Assembly (NCBI GenBank): GCA_017610175.1 | Contig: JAFCCO010000003.1 | Coordinates: 1-64,000 of the forward strand | Reading direction: 5' to 3' | DNA from: Candidatus Iainarchaeum sp. | Lineage (GTDB): Archaea > Iainarchaeota > Iainarchaeia > Iainarchaeales > GCA-2688035 | DNA length: 64,000 bases | Position numbers and translations under genes: made by a program | Notes under the pieces: generated by a model | Database searches by the model: none | The model's input: only the letters and a program-made list of their open reading frames with translations | Told to the model about the DNA's origin: nothing | Shown here: in pieces, positions 1-7,790 of the stretch | How the letters are laid out: each line of letters starts with the position of its first letter | Numbering within the stretch: the stretch's first letter is position 1

Positions 1-936
1 ATACCTCTGAATATTTGAACAACCCGAAACACTTGAACTTGAAGACTGAACAAATGTGTAAGTGCCGGGGCAGAGATGGCAATAATTGGAACCACTACTG
101 GTCGTCGGACAAGGCACATACCTTCCCAAACTACTGCATCCTGAAATACTTGAACTCGAGGACTGCACATATGTGGGGCCACCGCAGGACTTGGTGCCTG
201 TTGAGGTTCTTGTGTTCCCACAGTTGCTTGTTTGGACAAAAGATTGACCTGAACAAACGGTTGAAGTGACAGGCGTCCAAGTGCTATCCACACAACAGGC
301 TCCGCCGGTCATTGTCCCGGAGGCACTTCGTGTCCTGCTGCAGTCACTTGTTTGGGTAAAAGTCACGCCTGAGCAAACGGTTGAGGTTGCAGGCGTCCAA
401 GTTGTATCAATGCAGCAGGTACCATCTGTTTTGGTCCCATTGTAAATGGTTCCGCACGAATCCGCACACTGCGTTCCAACACAGGTAAGGGCAGCACACG
501 CATTGTTTGGAGTGCAGGGTCCTGTTGTGTCACAAACCCAATTGGTTCCGTCAAACTTAAGGTACTCATCCACACCGCAAACGTAAACATCCCCAATGCT
601 TTCACTTGGAGAGCAAATCCATGCCCCCCCGCTTGACTTGAGCACTTCGTCGTCTGCGCAGGCAGGGATGAAAGGGGTTGAAATTCTTAAGCAGTCGTTG
701 TCAAGGGCCTGCTGTAGCGAAACATCCGAATCCGAGCAGGAGTTCCCTGGAATTGAGTCAAAATGGATAATTATTTCTTCAGAGGAGTGCCCAACTGCGG
801 GAATGCTTGCGGGAGCGGGGCCTGCAAGCTGTAAAATTAAGCCGTCAGCGTAAACACCTGCAACCAACAGGAAAGCCACAGCAAACACTAGCAAAAAAGC
901 GACTGCTTTGGACGAAAGTGAAATGTTCAACTGCAA
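1..936 (-). CDS. Secreted Cys/Thr/Ser-rich repeat surface protein (partial, runs off the window start)
   Basis: Not in the ORF track. My translation of the minus strand from a TTG at 936 (AGGGTG upstream) is open to position 1: MQLNISLSSKAVAFLLVFAVAFLLVAGVYADGLILQLAGPAPASIPAVGHSSEEIII...SLQQALDNDC...WTPATSTVCSG... Signal peptide followed by Cys-rich repeats. Start position approximate. Confidence 0.85.
   Translation of the reverse strand, partial: MQLNISLSSKAVAFLLVFAVAFLLVAGVYADGLILQLAGPAPASIPAVGHSSEEIIIHFDSIPGNSCSDSDVSLQQALDNDCLRISTPFIPACADDEVLKSSGGAWICSPSESIGDVYVCGVDEYLKFDGTNWVCDTTGPCTPNNACAALTCVGTQCADSCGTIYNGTKTDGTCCIDTTWTPATSTVCSGVTFTQTSDCSRTRSASGTMTGGACCVDSTWTPVTSTVCSGQSFVQTSNCGNTRTSTGTKSCGGPTYVQSSSSSISGCSSLGRYVPCPTTSSGSNYCHLCPGTYTFVQSSSSSVSGCSNIQRY
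181..420 (-). repeat. Two ~40-aa (120-nt) intragenic Cys-rich repeats
   Basis: 241-300 and 361-420 are similar at a 120-nt offset (cctgaacaaacggttgaagtgacaggcgtccaag vs cctgagcaaacggttgaggttgcaggcgtccaag). Protein: CCIDTTWTPATSTVCSGVTFTQTSDC vs CCVDSTWTPVTSTVCSGQSFVQTSNC. A second repeat type, T(Y/F)VQSSSSS(I/V)SGCS, lies at about 1-58 and 118-175. Confidence 0.85.
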
Positions 937-1014
937 GAATTGCACCCTTATTTTTTTTCCAATATATCAAGGGGTTACTTATTATATAATTGTTTTGACA
1001 ATTAATTTTATTGC

Positions 1015-1929
1015 ATGGAAGAGCTTAAACTGGTCATTTTGGGAACCGGGTGCAGCAACCCAACAGTGAAAAGAAACCTTTCAGCAATAGCGCTGAAGTA
1101 CATGGGAAACTGGCTCCTTTTTGACTGCGCAGAGGGAACCCAGAGGCAAATGATGAAGGCAGGGGTTTCCTACATGAAAACAAAGTACATTTTCTTCTCG
1201 CACTTTCACGCAGACCACTTTCTTGGGCTTCCGGGGCTTGTTGCAACAATGAGCATGCATGAAAGGGACTATCCCCTGCACATCTTCGGGCCAAAGGGCT
1301 GCAAGGAAAGGGTAAGTCGCGCACTTAACCTTGGGCTTATGAGAAAAGACTTTGAAATAAATGTAACCGAATTAACAAGGGCTGAAAAGATTGTGGACGA
1401 TGAATTCTTCGAGGTTACCGCTTTTCCCCTAAAGCACGAGGTGCCATGCTTTGGGTTTGCATTCAAGGAAAAGGACAAGGACGGGGAATTCCAGAGGGAA
1501 ACCGCCCTGAAGCTTGGAATTCCTGAGGGCCCGCTTTGGGGAAAGCTCCAGAAAGGGCAGAAGGTAAAAGTTAAGGGAAAGGAATTTGCGCCTGACCAGG
1601 TAATGGATTACTCAAAGGGGAAGAACGGGAGAAAAGTAAGTGTTGTAATGGATACCCTGCCCTCTGCAAGCTACTTTGATTACATTGAAAACAGCGACTT
1701 GCTGATTCACGAGTCAGCCTTTACGGAAAAGCACGCAAAAAGGGCAAAGGAAACAACCCACTGCACCGCAAGGCAGGCTGCAAAGGTTGCGGCAAGAACC
1801 CATGCAAAAAAACTTATACTAACACACATCAGCCCAAGGCACAAGAAAAGCTCGGAACTCGAAAACGAAGCAAGGCAGGAGTTTGCCGAAGTGGAAGTTG
1901 CAGAGGACCTGATGAAAGTTGAGCTCTAA
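1015..1929 (+). CDS. rnz: Ribonuclease Z (tRNase Z)
   Basis: LGTG..P...RN start, FDCAEGTQRQM, SHFHADH metallo-beta-lactamase motif, GIPEGPLWGKLQ exosite, HES and THISPR motifs. Confidence 0.97.
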   Translation: MEELKLVILGTGCSNPTVKRNLSAIALKYMGNWLLFDCAEGTQRQMMKAGVSYMKTKYIFFSHFHADHFLGLPGLVATMSMHERDYPLHIFGPKGCKERVSRALNLGLMRKDFEINVTELTRAEKIVDDEFFEVTAFPLKHEVPCFGFAFKEKDKDGEFQRETALKLGIPEGPLWGKLQKGQKVKVKGKEFAPDQVMDYSKGKNGRKVSVVMDTLPSASYFDYIENSDLLIHESAFTEKHAKRAKETTHCTARQAAKVAARTHAKKLILTHISPRHKKSSELENEARQEFAEVEVAEDLMKVEL

Positions 1930-2832
1930 TTATGAAGTGATTGCCTTAACCTTTACAAATGCTGTTTGAGGCTGCCATCCAATCCCGCCTGCATCAACAA
2001 CGTTAACGAGGAAAACGTTGGCCCTGATTTTTATTTCAGATGAGTCCGAATCAACAACCTGCAGCCCGTAAGCATTTGTTTCACCATATGGTGCGACAGC
2101 AACTCTTCCGGAACCATCAGCAGTGTCGCTTACAAACAGCTGAATCATAAACGGTTCAACCCCAAGGGAGTGGACAAAAGTATAAGTGCTTCCCCTTGTA
2201 ACACTTGTCCAAGTGCTTTCATAAGTGTTCAAAGAGCCGCCGCCTGCCCCGCCTAAAAGCGGAAGCCACTGCATGTTCAGAGTGCCCCAACAAACCCCAT
2301 CCGTTCTCTTTCTCTTAACTTTCCAGTAATCATTTGCCTTAACAGGCAAGGTGATTGCGGCACCGCCGGTGTCAATGTAACCGCTTCCGTTCCAAACCTT
2401 TAAGGTGGTTGGGGGGCTGCTTCCGTCAGTGTATCCCTCAACCCCCTGCCCGCAGTGCCCTGCAATCAATTCGGCAACAACAAACCCGTCTGTTGAAGCC
2501 TGGTACACGGTGTTGTGCGCAAGAGCCGCACCTGTCCCGCCAACTTGGTCGGAGTCGGTTGAATTCCAAGCGCCTAAACCGGCTCCACCTGCCCCGCCTG
2601 CACCTAAATGCCCTCCGTCAATCGCGTCCTGCAAAAGCATGTCCCCTTGGTCCGGAATGTTTACAGCAATTGCTGTTGAAGAATGTCCTGCAGCGGGAAC
2701 GCTGCCCGCGGCGGGAGTCGCAAGGTTAAGGATTAGGTTGTCGGCGTAGGCGCTTCCAAAGCCCACAACCGCGAGAAGAACAAGCGAAACCGCAATGAAT
2801 GCAAGCTTCTTGTTTTCAATTTCAAGCTTCAT
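1930..2832 (-). CDS. Secreted modular protein with GHSS N-terminal module and Gly-linked beta-rich domains
   Basis: Signal peptide; YADNLILNLATPAAGSVPAAGHSS...LLQDAIDGG resembles the N-terminus of the 1-936 protein; Gly-rich linkers separate two C-terminal domains. Confidence 0.8.
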   Translation of the reverse strand: MKLEIENKKLAFIAVSLVLLAVVGFGSAYADNLILNLATPAAGSVPAAGHSSTAIAVNIPDQGDMLLQDAIDGGHLGAGGAGGAGLGAWNSTDSDQVGGTGAALAHNTVYQASTDGFVVAELIAGHCGQGVEGYTDGSSPPTTLKVWNGSGYIDTGGAAITLPVKANDYWKVKRKRTDGVCWGTLNMQWLPLLGGAGGGSLNTYESTWTSVTRGSTYTFVHSLGVEPFMIQLFVSDTADGSGRVAVAPYGETNAYGLQVVDSDSSEIKIRANVFLVNVVDAGGIGWQPQTAFVKVKAITS

Positions 2833-2835
2833 GAA

Positions 2836-3711
2836 TCACTTACCGCCCCTTACAATAAGCACTACTGTAAAGGCAAGCACAACAATTAGGGCAATGTTTA
2901 TTTCCGGGACCGCAAAGGCCTCCGCGCCCTTTATGACACTGAATATGACACTTCTTTCGCAGACACTGCAGTTGGCTCCATCAATTGTTGCAACAACCCG
3001 ATAGTTTCCGGTTTCATCAAACGGGCCGTGCATTCCGGAATAGCTTCCGCTTGAAAGGTCAATTCCTGCCACCCCCAAACCTGCAAGCTCAATCCCGGTT
3101 ACAACATCAAAAAACTTGAGGCTTACTGTTGTAGCAGGAGCCACAACCGGGTTTGAAACAGTTAAGGAAACTCTCGTGTCTTGCCCGACGGTAATTGTTG
3201 TTGCCGAAAGCGCATCAAGCGAGGGCTTGTCACTTGCCGCCCCGAAAATGCAGCAAACCTTTTTTGTGTAGCCTGCGCAGTCTGCAATGTGTGCATTTGT
3301 AACGCCTGAAATACTTGCAACGCAGGCTTCACCAGCAGCACATGCAGTGTCCCTGTAGCTGCATGATACCGGCCTGCTAAGGGAACTAATGCAAACATCT
3401 GTGCCGTAATTTGATTGGTCGCTTTGCTCAACATGAGCATTTGTAGTGGCAGAAAGTTTCAATGCAACCGCAAAGTTTCCAGAACACAATGAATCGATGT
3501 CGTCACCTGAACAGCACACTTTTTCACTGTAAGAATCATCACTTGAGGCGTGGGCATTGCTTGTTGCATTCATCTGGAAAAGGTTAATTTCGCCAGCTCC
3601 TGCGCAAGCGCCGTTTTGTACTGAACATGCAAGCTCTGCGGCAAAAGCATTGCTAAAGAAAATAAAGAATGCAAGCAGAACCATTGTTTTTCCAAAGCGC
3701 ATTTTTTTCAC
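2836..3711 (-). CDS. Secreted Cys-rich protein with three NAH repeats and a C-terminal PE-TM-basic anchor
   Basis: Signal peptide (AFA|A); three repeats (TSNAHA, TTNAHV, VTNAHI) each ending near VC; possible Ig-like region; C-terminus VPEINIALIVVLAFTVVLIVRGGK. Confidence 0.8.
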   Translation of the reverse strand: MKKMRFGKTMVLLAFFIFFSNAFAAELACSVQNGACAGAGEINLFQMNATSNAHASSDDSYSEKVCCSGDDIDSLCSGNFAVALKLSATTNAHVEQSDQSNYGTDVCISSLSRPVSCSYRDTACAAGEACVASISGVTNAHIADCAGYTKKVCCIFGAASDKPSLDALSATTITVGQDTRVSLTVSNPVVAPATTVSLKFFDVVTGIELAGLGVAGIDLSSGSYSGMHGPFDETGNYRVVATIDGANCSVCERSVIFSVIKGAEAFAVPEINIALIVVLAFTVVLIVRGGK

Positions 3712-3782
3712 CTGAGAACAGTATTATGATGGCGTTTTGGTATTTAAATTTATTCAACCAAATCATATTTGGGTTTTTTTTA

Positions 3783-4499
3783 ATGAAAGCGGTTATTTTA
3801 GCGGCGGGTCAGGGGCGGAGGTTAAGGCCCTTAACAAACGACAGGCCAAAAGCCTTGGTTGAGCTTGCGGGCAAGCCTTTTTTGGAGCACGTTCTTGAAG
3901 CATTGAGTGAGGCTGGAGTTTTGGAGGTTGGAATTGTTGTCGGCCGGCTTGGGGAAAAAATCGAGGAAAAGTTCGGTGAAAAGTTTGGCGAGATGAAACT
4001 CAGTTACCTAAAGCAGGAAAATGAGGTTGGAACCGCAAAAGCCGTTTACACCGCAAAGGGCTTTGTTGGAGATGACGATTTTATTTGCGCGCACGCCGAC
4101 GTGATAATTGAATCAGGGCTTTACAAAAAACTCATCGAAGAGTTTCATGGAAAAGAAGAGCTTGATGCCGTTATTGTGGGGCGAGAAGTTGACGAGCCGT
4201 GGAGATACGGTGTGCTGAGAACAGAGAACTGTTTTCTCAAAGAAATTGTGGAAAAGCCGGAGAAGGGAAAGGAGCCCGGCAAATTGATTAATGCAGGCGT
4301 GTACTGGTTCTCGCGCAGAATATTTAAAGCAATTGAAGAGACCGGAAAAAGCGAGCGCGGAGAGTTTGAATTGACCGACAGCATAATGAGGTTTGCCGAA
4401 AATAATAGGGCAGGCGTTTTGCATTATGAGGGAAAATGCTTTGACATTGGTTCTGTTGAGGACTTGAAGAACGCAGAAAAAGAGCTTTCCGGAAATTAG
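3783..4499 (+). CDS. Sugar-phosphate nucleotidyltransferase (NTP_transferase family)
   Basis: MKAVILAAGQGRRLRPLTNDRPKAL signature, EKP, INAGVY, RGEFELTD and DIG motifs. Start reassigned to the ATG at 3783. Confidence 0.93.
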   Translation: MKAVILAAGQGRRLRPLTNDRPKALVELAGKPFLEHVLEALSEAGVLEVGIVVGRLGEKIEEKFGEKFGEMKLSYLKQENEVGTAKAVYTAKGFVGDDDFICAHADVIIESGLYKKLIEEFHGKEELDAVIVGREVDEPWRYGVLRTENCFLKEIVEKPEKGKEPGKLINAGVYWFSRRIFKAIEETGKSERGEFELTDSIMRFAENNRAGVLHYEGKCFDIGSVEDLKNAEKELSGN

Positions 4500-5185
4500 A
4501 CTTTTAAGTTAACCTTTTGCCCCGGCTTCATCACAAGCGGCTTTGTTTTGAGCACACTTTTTTCGATGCGTTGGGTAAACTCCCTTGGATCCTGCTTTAT
4601 TGAATCAAATGTATCATAGTGCATTGGTATTGCATACTTTGGCTTCATCGTTTTTACGGCACGAACCGCATCAACAACATCCATGGTGTATGTGCCACCG
4701 ATTGGGAGAATTGCAACATCTGCCTTGATCTCCGAAAAACTGTTCAAAAGAGCGGTGTCGCCCGCGTGGTACACCGATTCATTCCCTGCCGAAATAAGAA
4801 AGCCGAGTGGATAAAATGAATTTGGATGGTGCGCCGGGAGAGCCGTTACATCAATGTTTCGAAGCGTTACCTTTTGGTTCATCTTAAGCGGAAACTTGAA
4901 CCTGTTTGCAATATTGAGGTCCTGCAGCACGTTGTCATATGAAACAACACAGCAATTGTCCCTTGCAACAAGCTCCTCAATTACCTGCTTGTCAAAATGG
5001 TCAAAGTGCTCGTGTGTTACAAGAATTAATGCAATGTTCCTCAAATCCTTTTTGGTGGCGGCACATTTCACTTTTCGCTCAACATCAGAGTTTTTGCTTT
5101 CGCCTACAAAGGGGTCAATCAGGACATTCCCCTTGGAAAAACCAACTTTGAAAAAAGAATGCCCAAAAAACTGAATTTTAACCAA
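4496..5185 (-). CDS. MBL-fold metal-dependent hydrolase (UPF0173/UlaG-like)
   Basis: FFGHSFF, LIDPF, THEHFDH, YHAGDT, LPIGGTYTM and PMHYDTF motifs. Likely TTG start at 5185. Confidence 0.9.
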   Translation of the reverse strand: MVKIQFFGHSFFKVGFSKGNVLIDPFVGESKNSDVERKVKCAATKKDLRNIALILVTHEHFDHFDKQVIEELVARDNCCVVSYDNVLQDLNIANRFKFPLKMNQKVTLRNIDVTALPAHHPNSFYPLGFLISAGNESVYHAGDTALLNSFSEIKADVAILPIGGTYTMDVVDAVRAVKTMKPKYAIPMHYDTFDSIKQDPREFTQRIEKSVLKTKPLVMKPGQKVNLKV

Positions 5186-5292
5186 GTAACCCGAACCCCA
5201 AAATAATTCTGCGGGAAAGGGCATTTAAAGCGAACAGTCCAATTGCGGAATGTTTAAATTAGGGAAATGCGTTTATATTTTCAGGTTTAAAA

Positions 5293-6072
5293 ATGAACAA
5301 AAGAATTGCATTGGTTTTCGCCATTTTGCTTGTTTTGTCAAGTCTTGCAAGCGCACAGGTCTACCAAATTACCACCAAATCCATTGAAATAGCGGTGGAC
5401 GAAGATGGTGGAGCACAGATTACCGAAAAGTTCTTCCTAAGCTTTCCAGACGCATACCAGGTACAGCTGTTTCGCGAGGAAATTGTGGATATCGGGGTTG
5501 ATTTGTGGGGCTGGCAACAGTTAAACGATGAATTCAAGCCAACCCTTGGGAAGGAACAGGACCAGGTTGTAAGCGATATTGGCTTTGTTGAAAACGACTT
5601 CAAATACCTTGAAATCAAGTATACCTTGAAAGAGCCTTTGATGGCAAAGCAAAGCGAAACAAGCAGGCGGGCCGAATTTGCGCTGAACGAAAAGTTCTTC
5701 AGCGGTTTTTTGGACGGAAGCCTGTGGGTTCTTCCAACAAATGTTTCAATAATCATAGATTTGCCGCTTCAGGCAGAACTTACAAATGACATAAAGCCGG
5801 AAGCAAATGTTTCAGGAAACAGGATTGTTTGGACAGGATACAAAAGCACAAACGTGCTCTCCTTGAAATACACGCTCTGGAAACAAATATCCACAGTAAC
5901 CCTAAACGAGCTTGCGGCAGGAATTGCACAAAGTGAATTGTTTACGCCTTTGCTGGGTGTCTCAGTAGTAATACTGCTTGCAATTGTGTGGAAAAGAAAG
6001 GCAATAGCCGGCAAAATAGAAAGCTATCTTGTTGAAAACAGCGAGTTTGCAGAAGCAGAAGAAGAGGATTAA
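5293..6072 (+). CDS. Secreted, C-terminally membrane-anchored hypothetical protein
   Basis: Signal peptide (ASA|Q), beta-rich ectodomain, TM helix followed by WKRK and an acidic tail. Confidence 0.75.
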   Translation: MNKRIALVFAILLVLSSLASAQVYQITTKSIEIAVDEDGGAQITEKFFLSFPDAYQVQLFREEIVDIGVDLWGWQQLNDEFKPTLGKEQDQVVSDIGFVENDFKYLEIKYTLKEPLMAKQSETSRRAEFALNEKFFSGFLDGSLWVLPTNVSIIIDLPLQAELTNDIKPEANVSGNRIVWTGYKSTNVLSLKYTLWKQISTVTLNELAAGIAQSELFTPLLGVSVVILLAIVWKRKAIAGKIESYLVENSEFAEAEEED

Positions 6073-6137
6073 TTAACTGATTTTAGTGAAATAGTTACCT
6101 TTAAATATGGGGGAAGCCCCAATATTTACGAGAGAGC

Positions 6138-6503
6138 ATGTTTTTCAATTTCTTAAACGCAGTGCTTGGTTTCGACATAGCCTGGTTTGTATGGCTAATA
6201 GAACACAACCTGTTCTATGTATTCGCATTTATCACGTTGTGCTTCTTCTTCTGGGGAAACAGCATGAAGAAAGCAGTCATAGTAACTGTTCTCCTAAGCA
6301 TAGTTGCATGGGCCTGGGTTGACTTTGAACTCATCAGCGGATGGGTTTTGTTTGCAGGCGGATTCCTCTCCATATACTACGTGACAAAAATGGTGATTAT
6401 GGTGTTTGCCGAAAGCATGCCGTCGCTGAAAAACAAGCTCATACTTGTCAGCGAAATACAGTTCTTTGCGCTGCTGATAATCTACAATCTTTTCTTGAGG
6501 TAA
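6138..6503 (+). CDS. Small multi-pass membrane protein (paralog A)
   Basis: 121 aa hydrophobic ORF similar to 6695-7045. Confidence 0.75.
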   Translation: MFFNFLNAVLGFDIAWFVWLIEHNLFYVFAFITLCFFFWGNSMKKAVIVTVLLSIVAWAWVDFELISGWVLFAGGFLSIYYVTKMVIMVFAESMPSLKNKLILVSEIQFFALLIIYNLFLR

Positions 6504-6508
6504 AAAAA

Positions 6509-6688
6509 ATGGGAATGCTAAAAAGAGGACTAAAAGGGATGGTTGTAACACTCTTCCTCTTCATTTTGATAGTGTTCACACAGGTTGCCGGCCTGAGCAT
6601 ATTCGACCCCGCAATCGCAACAGTTGCAGGGGCAATACTCATAATTGGCATGGGGTTCTTTGAAACAAATCTTATAACATACGGGTGA
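6509..6688 (+). CDS. Small 2-TM membrane protein (B)
   Basis: ATG at 6509 preceded by GAGGT; 59 aa MGMLKRGLKGMVVTLFLFILIVFTQVAGLSIFDPAIATVAGAILIIGMGFFETNLITYG. Confidence 0.65.
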   Translation: MGMLKRGLKGMVVTLFLFILIVFTQVAGLSIFDPAIATVAGAILIIGMGFFETNLITYG

Positions 6689-6694
6689 AAAAAA

Positions 6695-7045
6695 ATGCTT
6701 TTCCTTGATACACTTACTGCCGCTTTGACCCTTGACCTGGGATTCTTCCACTGGCTGTTCGTTAGCAACTTTCTTTGGATATTCATATTTCTCATGGTAA
6801 TGGTGTTTTTCCAGGCAAGAACAAAGGGAAGAGTCTTTCACATGGTGGTACTGATACTCATGCTCTACGCATTCGTTGACGTCATGGAACTTGTAGGCTG
6901 GCACATCCCGGCAATAATGCAGTTTCCAATGATTGCGGGAAACATCGCCCTCTTTGCATTCGACGACTGCAAAATAATCAACAACAACAAATGGCTTGGG
7001 CTGGCACTGTTTTGGGGGTTGTTCTTTGCATTCAACTTACTGTGA
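6695..7045 (+). CDS. Small multi-pass membrane protein (paralog A')
   Basis: 116 aa hydrophobic ORF with GGTGA upstream; similar to 6138-6503. Confidence 0.75.
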   Translation: MLFLDTLTAALTLDLGFFHWLFVSNFLWIFIFLMVMVFFQARTKGRVFHMVVLILMLYAFVDVMELVGWHIPAIMQFPMIAGNIALFAFDDCKIINNNKWLGLALFWGLFFAFNLL

Positions 7046-7054
7046 GGGATTAAA

Positions 7055-7231
7055 TTGACAAGTTTGCTGAAAATAATTGTGGGAAGCACCTGGCTGTTTA
7101 TTGCATGCTATCTGCTGATTGCCGCCTTTATTATAGCGGGATTCCATTCGTTTGAATTCCTTTTTTCAGAGGCAGCCGCACTGGCCATTTTTGGGCTCAG
7201 CGCAACAACATACCTGGCCGAAAGCCACTAG
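7055..7231 (+). CDS. Small 2-TM membrane protein (B')
   Basis: Not in the ORF track. TTG at 7055 after GTGAGGG; MTSLLKIIVGSTWLFIACYLLIAAFIIAGFHSFEFLFSEAAALAIFGLSATTYLAESH, TAG at 7229-7231. Confidence 0.55.
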   Translation: MTSLLKIIVGSTWLFIACYLLIAAFIIAGFHSFEFLFSEAAALAIFGLSATTYLAESH

Positions 7232-7728
7232 GGCTTTGCGCGAAGCGCCTTAACCGGCGCGGAACAATCGGTGCATTCCTTGCCCTCAAAATCTGGCGAA
7301 AACTCCTTGCCGCAGCCTGTGCAGACTTTTCGAAAAGAAATTGCCTTTGAAATTTTTCCACGCAGAATTGCCTCAAACTTTACACCCAGCAATTTGCACA
7401 AATTCTGCACACTGTAATCATCACTTACAAGAACAAACTCATCCCCTCCCTTTGTGAAATCAAGGGCAAGGGCAAGAAGCGAAACATCGGCCTTGCTTAA
7501 TCTTGTCAACCCCTTCTCCGACGCAAGCTTGTTCACCCGCTCAACACTTGGGGAAGAGGGCTCCTCAAGCTTCAAAAGGCCGTTGCCCAAGGCATTTTCC
7601 GCAATGCTTTTGCTGCGCAAATCCTTAAACTCAGCCATTACGCCTGGGGTTGTAATATAGTCAAACTCTTTTGAAAAAGAGAACCCAGGGTCATTAAGAA
7701 CAACAGCAGAATCAATCAGGCGAATCAT
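7228..7728 (-). CDS. nob1: Nob1-like PIN-domain rRNA maturation endonuclease with zinc ribbon
   Basis: LIDSAVV, LSKADVSLLALA, VSDDYSVQN PIN motifs; C-terminal CTGC...CTDC. Start reassigned to the ATG at 7728. Confidence 0.9.
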   Translation of the reverse strand: MIRLIDSAVVLNDPGFSFSKEFDYITTPGVMAEFKDLRSKSIAENALGNGLLKLEEPSSPSVERVNKLASEKGLTRLSKADVSLLALALDFTKGGDEFVLVSDDYSVQNLCKLLGVKFEAILRGKISKAISFRKVCTGCGKEFSPDFEGKECTDCSAPVKALRAKP

Positions 7729-7754
7729 GCAACCACATAAACCTTTTATTAATC

Positions 7755-7768
7755 TTTTATATATAAAA
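7755..7768. promoter_or_regulatory. Palindromic TATA element between divergent nob1 and pheS
   Basis: TTTTATATATAAAA is a perfect 14-bp palindrome, 22-26 nt from the two ATGs (7791 and 7728). Confidence 0.6.
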
Positions 7769-7790
7769 TGTTTTAAAGCCGGTGCATACA

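Noticed and set aside
15-989. Short track ORFs at 15-269, 363-605, 596-853 and 807-989
   Set aside because: They are shadows of the minus-strand Cys-rich gene (1-936), which the track missed because it has no stop inside the window.
5240-5260. Recurring (CAA)TTGCGGAA-like word in intergenic regions (about 5240, 24190, 39610)
   Set aside because: Short, also common inside coding sequence, and plausibly BRE-like; enrichment cannot be shown without a statistical motif search.
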